Positions 61,401-64,000 of a stretch of 64,000 nucleotides of DNA are shown one piece after another. Position 1 is the first letter of the stretch. Every line of letters begins with the position of its first letter. This DNA comes from Chloroflexota bacterium. GTDB lineage: Bacteria; Chloroflexota; Dehalococcoidia; E44-bin15. The stretch spans positions 3,341 to 67,340 of the forward strand of contig JAXHUA010000141.1 in assembly GCA_034189695.1 (NCBI GenBank), written 5' to 3'. A program made the translations under genes and the position numbers. The notes under the pieces were generated by a model. It made no database searches, was not told the DNA's origin, and was given only the letters and a program-made list of their open reading frames with translations.

Positions 61401-61681
61401 CGGTGGCGGGCACCGACATAGTGGAAAGGGTGAGCTACGACGCCGCGACCGGCCGCGTCCACATCAACAAGACGCAGTACTTCGATGGCGTGCCCCGCGA
61501 CGTCTGGGAGTTCCACGTAGGCGGCTACCAGGTGTGCCATAAATGGCTCAAGGACCGCAAGGGACGCAAGCTGGCCTACGATGACAAGACCCACTACCAG
61601 CGGGTTGTGGTGGCGCTGAACGAAACCGTACGCCTGATGGCTGAGATCGACGCCCTCATCCCGTCGTGGCCCATCGACTAG
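58493..61681 (+). CDS. Type IIG (MmeI-like) restriction-modification fusion enzyme: N-terminal PD-ExK nuclease, N6-adenine methyltransferase and C-terminal specificity domain
   Basis: The N-terminus has PDFVV...GYIEGKD (a D...ExK nuclease motif like MmeI). MTase motif I is LDPAVGTGTFL; motif IV is VLGNPPYAGFS (NPPY). The C-terminal HVGGYQVCHKWLKDRKGRKL...ETVRLMAEIDALI block is the TRD/coupler seen in MmeI/Type ISP C-termini. There is no helicase. ATG 58493 follows an AGGAGG RBS; the ORF tool opens at TTG 58466. Confidence 0.75.
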   Translation: MAADLKPLREYARAVARELGVGNTTEHSHRPALKGLLEALDGRVVATNEPKRIACGAPDFVVTRGASVVGYIEGKDVGSSLDDAERSEQMERYLPSLSNLVLTDYLSFRWYVDGHLRLSARLGRASLSGKVLVDRDGLNAVADLLASFLCHTAEGVGTPRELAERLARLARLARGLIANAIASEAEAGPLHGQLAAFRDNLIPDLSPERFADMYAQTMAYGLFAARCAADGGCFTRQNAGYLLPRTNPFLRNLFGDIAGPNLDDRVAWLADDLAQVLAQADMDAVLRDFGRRTATEDPVVHFYETFLGRYDPRERQVRGVYYTPEPVVSYIVRSVDHLLRTRFNSPEGLADPRVLILDPAVGTGTFLYSIVRKIHEAFVRQGQGGLWNDYVADRLLRRLFGFELLMAPYAVAHLKLGLLLRETGYRFQADQRLGVYLTNTLEEAFTRSQLLAGFNRYIVDEANAAARIKKEKPIMVVLGNPPYAGFSANASTRMVKEGRSKRMKRDLTWIGRLIQDYKQVDGGPLGERNPKWLQDDYVKFIRFGQWRIEQTGHGILAFITNHGYLDNPTFRGMRQSLMNTFSDIYVLDLHGNVKKRESAPDGGPDQNVFDIQQGVAIGIFVREPGRERPGRVQHADLWGARGDWPDPEEGTKYRALAETDVSTTSWEPLAPATPAYFFVPRDEVLAAEYHQGWKVTDIFPLHSAGIVTARDSLAVAWSAQEMWHTLADFASLEPEAAREKYRLGADARDWSVSMAQADVTASGPTPDRVVPLLYRPFDVRFTYYTGRSRGFQCMPRPDVMRHMLGGANVALITVRKVPRGQAAGYFSAARFPASNGAIRSDNQSIDYVIPLYAWAAQGEMQFQGEPRRANLNPAFSNAVSDALALRFVAHGSGDLEQSFGPEDVFHYIYAVLHSPAYRSRYADFLKTDFPRVPLTSERGLFAALAAKGAQLVALHLMESPLPATLITGYPVAGTDIVERVSYDAATGRVHINKTQYFDGVPRDVWEFHVGGYQVCHKWLKDRKGRKLAYDDKTHYQRVVVALNETVRLMAEIDALIPSWPID

Positions 61682-61682
61682 G

Positions 61683-61870
61683 CGGCCTCACCCTCACCCC
61701 TTCGACAAGCTCAGGGCTGGCCTTGCCCTCTCCTCGCCACGGTCGAGTCTTCGACCCTCGAGGGAGAGGGGATGTGCCCCCGCACCGTTCACCCTTCGAC
61801 AGGCTCAGGGCGAACGGTGATGGCCGCCGTTCGCGGTGAGGCCTTCGCCCCGGCTGAGGGCAGGCCCTCA
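61683..61870. repeat. repeat-dense intergenic region between the R-M gene and the portal gene (units CTCACCCTCACCCCTTCGACAAGCTCAGGGC, CCCTCTCC...GGGAGAGGG, CACCCTTCGACAGGCTCAGGGCGAACGG)
   Basis: Same repeat family as at 55.3, 56.6 and 58.1 kb. Confidence 0.8.
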
Positions 61871-63238
61871 TCCACCCTCTGCCCCGCTCTGGCGGGCGTT
61901 GAGGTCGCGGTTCATCTGGAGGATGCGCTTTCGCTCCTCCAGCCAGGCGTCGAACTCGAGTCCGGGGCTGTCCACCCCGAGGTACTCCATGGCGCGGCGG
62001 CGCGAGTGGACGCCGCTCTGGATGAGCGCCACCTCGGTGGCCGCCTCCCGCTCGCGGTCGCGGGGCAGCACCGGTCCCCACACGATGCGGTGCGACAGGC
62101 GGCCGAAGCGCTCGCCGGTGAAGCGCTCAATGAGCGCCAGCACCATCTCGTTGCGCCGGCGGTAGGCCGCAGTGCGCACCAGGCGCTTGCGGGCCACCTT
62201 CTGGAGCAGCGGCTGCATCTCGATCTCCAGCGCCACCCCTGACAGGTCGCGGCCGGCGGTGCCGAAGGCGGCGCGGGGGGACTCGGAGATGTCGTGCAGC
62301 GTGCGGTACAGTAGGTCGATGTAGTCGATGTGGAGCCGCACCCCACCTCCCTGGAGCAGGTCGAGCAGGTACGCCCGCGCCTCCTCGGGAATGTTCCACA
62401 CCGCCCCGGGCTGCACCGCGATGTCCTGCGACGACTCCACGTTCTCCAGCACGGCGATGGGGTTGCCCGAAAGCTCCAAGATGCGTGAGAGCTGCGACAG
62501 CGCCCGGTTCAGCTCGCGCTGCGCCTCCATCAGCACTGGAATGTCCGACACGCCCCAGAAACGCTTCGGCTGGCACAGGTTGGGGAATATGACGAACGGG
62601 ATGAAGCCATATGGGTTGGGCGCCGTCGTGATGCACTCGTCGTCGAGCCACAGCTCGAAGGCCCTGTCGGTCCACACCTCCGCCACCCACGCCGTCCTTC
62701 CTGACGGCCTGCTGCCGTGGAGCAACTCCACCTCGTCGGCGCTGAGCTGGTAGCGAGAGGCGACCCGGTACACCGTGCCGACATCGTCTGGCAGCCACCA
62801 GGCGTAGAGCCCCTGCACGTCGGGCGCGGTCACCCGGACGCGCCCGTCGGCCACGTCCCAGGTCACCTTGTATGCTGCGTCGCCGAGGACAGCGCAGTCG
62901 GTCTCGGTGTCGAAGTCGAGGGCTTCCAGGTTGTTGTCGCGGTACACCTGGTGCAGCGCCGCCTCCGCCGCCACGGCGCGCTGCCGCGCGTCGTCACCGT
63001 CCTCGACGGGATCGACGGTGAAGCCCATGCCGGACATGAGGTACGAGGTCGTCTTGTCGACGATGGCCTTGGCGTAGTTGAAGGTGAGGTGCTTCTCGCC
63101 CCTGGTGGCCCGCGCCGGCCACTGCGCGCCGTTGTAGAAGGCCAGGCTCCCGGCATAGCGCTTCATCCGGTCGCGGTCCGTGCGCGCGAGCTGCTGCGGC
63201 AGGGCTGGACCGTTCATCCTCCACCCCCCGCGGCGCAC
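61868..63238 (-). CDS. phage portal protein (SPP1/HK97-like portal family)
   Basis: 456 aa; N-terminal FNYAKAIVDKTTSYLMG-type portal motif, central GFIPFVIFPN, and an acidic C-terminus. The start is GTG 63238 or ATG 63217, overlapping the upstream HTH gene stop. Confidence 0.6.
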   Translation of the reverse strand: MRRGGWRMNGPALPQQLARTDRDRMKRYAGSLAFYNGAQWPARATRGEKHLTFNYAKAIVDKTTSYLMSGMGFTVDPVEDGDDARQRAVAAEAALHQVYRDNNLEALDFDTETDCAVLGDAAYKVTWDVADGRVRVTAPDVQGLYAWWLPDDVGTVYRVASRYQLSADEVELLHGSRPSGRTAWVAEVWTDRAFELWLDDECITTAPNPYGFIPFVIFPNLCQPKRFWGVSDIPVLMEAQRELNRALSQLSRILELSGNPIAVLENVESSQDIAVQPGAVWNIPEEARAYLLDLLQGGGVRLHIDYIDLLYRTLHDISESPRAAFGTAGRDLSGVALEIEMQPLLQKVARKRLVRTAAYRRRNEMVLALIERFTGERFGRLSHRIVWGPVLPRDREREAATEVALIQSGVHSRRRAMEYLGVDSPGLEFDAWLEERKRILQMNRDLNARQSGAEGG

Positions 63239-63486
63239 GCCTGCGGTCTGCGTCCGGCGATGACGCGATAGACGGTGCGCCGGCTCACGCCGAAGCGCCG
63301 CGCCAGCTCGTGCACCGCCACGCCATCACCATAAAGCCGCACCATCCGCTCGTTCCTCAGCTCCTTGGCGGTCTGCTTGCCCGGTCGGTCGTAGCGGCAG
63401 GTCGCCAGGGGGCAGTTGAGGCAGGAGGGGAAGAGGTCGCACCCCTCGTCGCGGTAGGCGCAATGCTCGGGCACGAAGTCGTCCAT
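63214..63486 (-). CDS. small Cys-rich (CX6CX5CX2CX4C) HTH DNA-binding protein; candidate controller or terminase-small-subunit-like protein
   Basis: 90 aa; five Cys near the N-terminus in HCAYRDEGCDLFPSCLNCPLATC; a C-terminal HTH ELARRFGVSRRTVYRVI. It is the first gene of the portal operon, and its mRNA appears leaderless. Confidence 0.55.
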   Translation of the reverse strand: MDDFVPEHCAYRDEGCDLFPSCLNCPLATCRYDRPGKQTAKELRNERMVRLYGDGVAVHELARRFGVSRRTVYRVIAGRRPQACAAGGGG

Positions 63487-63492
63487 GCCCCG

Positions 63493-63521
63493 ATGATAGA
63501 ACTAATGTTCTATACTGTCAA
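63493..63521 (-). promoter_or_regulatory. minus-strand promoter TTGACA-17-TATCAT for the HTH-portal operon, with the TAGAAC-TAAT-GTTCTA palindrome inside the spacer
   Basis: The -35 is the reverse complement of 63516-21 and the -10 the reverse complement of 63493-98. The palindrome at 63497-63512 overlaps the -10 and spacer. The ATG at 63486 is 6 nt downstream of the -10, which implies a leaderless transcript. Confidence 0.55.
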
Positions 63522-63635
63522 TGGTATTCTGTCACTGACGCGCTCCACCCCGGGCTTTCCTCTGCTGTTGCGAGCGGAGCCGCAGGCTTCGCGAAGCGAT
63601 CTCAGCGGCGGGCGGCAGGGAGCAGTGCACGGTGG

Positions 63636-63766
63636 TTGACGCGGCGGGCGTCCTGTGGTATTCTTACTGCTCCAGCAAGCGGGGGCGAAGAAGCGGGGCC
63701 TTCATTTGGGCGCTTGGGCTCCGTGGAGTCAGTAGCGAAACCGACCGCAGGGTCGGTTTCTTTTTT
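63636..63766 (+). ncRNA. candidate small RNA or attenuator leader: an extended -10 promoter, an approximately 95-nt transcript, and a strong intrinsic terminator
   Basis: TTGACG (63636-41), 17 nt, a TG-n-TATTCT extended -10 (63656-64); then the hairpin GAAACCGACC-GCAG-GGTCGGTTTC (63737-60) plus a TTTTTT tract (63761-66). There is no ORF of 30 aa or more in between. Confidence 0.35.
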
Positions 63767-63772
63767 ACTCAA

Positions 63773-64000
63773 GTGACCGCAGGCATCAGGCGACGTTTAG
63801 GCTATCTCGGGCCGGCGGCAGTGGTGATGGCGCTGGTCATGTCGCTCGTGCTGCTCACCGTGGTGCGAGCGGCTTCCGGCGTATGGCCGGACTGCAACTT
63901 CCAGTGCACCGCCAACGATGTCACCGTGACCCGGGCGTGGCTGGGCAATGCGACCGGCGGTGACCTGGAGCAGTGCGTGCCCGGGCAGCCCAACGGCTCG
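63773..64000 (+). CDS. 5' part of a gene encoding a secreted/membrane protein (signal-peptide-like N-terminus), running off the window
   Basis: In-frame from GTG 63773 or ATG 63826 with no stop before the window end: RRRLGYLGPAAVVMALVMSLVLLTVVRAASG, then a Cys-containing mature region. Confidence 0.3.
   Translation, partial: MTAGIRRRLGYLGPAAVVMALVMSLVLLTVVRAASGVWPDCNFQCTANDVTVTRAWLGNATGGDLEQCVPGQPNGS

Larger units (their letters stand above)
51645..63486 (-). mobile_element. phage-derived head-morphogenesis island (portal, scaffold, capsid, connectors, OB-fold/large structural proteins) with an embedded Type IIG R-M gene; no terminase, tail tube/sheath or integrase in the window
   Basis: Collinear minus-strand gene order is typical of phage head modules. 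The island is flanked and interspersed with REP/MITE-like repeats. XRE and HTH regulators with palindromic operators sit at both ends. The right boundary may lie beyond the window. Confidence 0.5.

Noticed and set aside
58493-61681. BREX PglX or Type ISP (LlaGI-like) assignment for the large NPPY methyltransferase
   Set aside because: There are no helicase/ATPase motifs, no neighbouring BREX genes (pglZ, brxC and so on), and it has an MmeI-like N-terminal PD-ExK nuclease. A Type IIG fusion enzyme is the simpler reading.
55300-61870. Possible CRISPR array, because of the recurring about 20-30-bp units
   Set aside because: The repeats are irregularly spaced, occur in both orientations, are embedded in larger palindromic elements, and are separated by whole genes rather than 30-40-bp spacers. 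There is no cas gene. They fit a REP/MITE family better.

Overview
This is a high-GC (about 62-65%) bacterial chromosomal window with mostly compact housekeeping operons. Conserved promoters of the form TTGACA/TTGTTG-17-TATAAT, AGGAGG-type ribosome-binding sites, T-box leaders, a split transketolase and a type-2 IleS suggest a Chloroflexota-like lineage, but this taxonomic guess is tentative.

From 1 to about 38 kb the recognisable genes are: a ClpC-like ATPase (5' end outside the window), a DedA-like membrane protein, rpmH-rnpA-yidD-(PQQ lipoprotein)-yidC-jag, T-box-regulated ileS, htrA, T-box-regulated trpB2, mfd, proBA, split tkt, an amidohydrolase, thpR, comFC, glyA, rpsF-ssb-rpsR, a PpiC isomerase, hom, thrC, folE, an ABC-2 exporter pair, obg and nadD.

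After nadD there is a small lower-GC cassette carrying an XRE regulator, pyrE and a hypothetical protein. It is bounded by a duplicated nadD 3' end.

From 38.8 to 49.6 kb there are two tandem paralogous giant sensor proteins (2311 and about 1260 aa) with many PAS domains followed by GAF, GGDEF and HD-GYP domains. gyrB follows them.

The most unusual region is 51.6-63.8 kb. It is a phage-derived head-morphogenesis module: a Cys-rich HTH protein, portal, scaffold, an HK97-like capsid protein, two connector-like proteins, a holin-like small membrane protein, a gpV-like OB-fold protein and a 649-aa protein. Within the window it has no terminase large subunit, no tail tube or sheath, and no integrase. 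It is interrupted by a solitary MmeI-like Type IIG restriction-modification fusion enzyme on the opposite strand. Highly structured REP/MITE-like repeats are threaded through it, including an 88-bp perfect inverted repeat that flanks the scaffold-capsid segment. A 16-bp palindrome TAGAAC-N4-GTTCTA occurs only twice in the window: once upstream of the R-M gene, and once inside the promoter of the HTH-portal operon. An XRE repressor with a leaderless, operator-overlapped divergent promoter sits at the left edge next to gyrB. Taken together this looks like a domesticated or satellite-like capsid island coupled to a defence gene, possibly under shared regulation. This is inference from sequence only.
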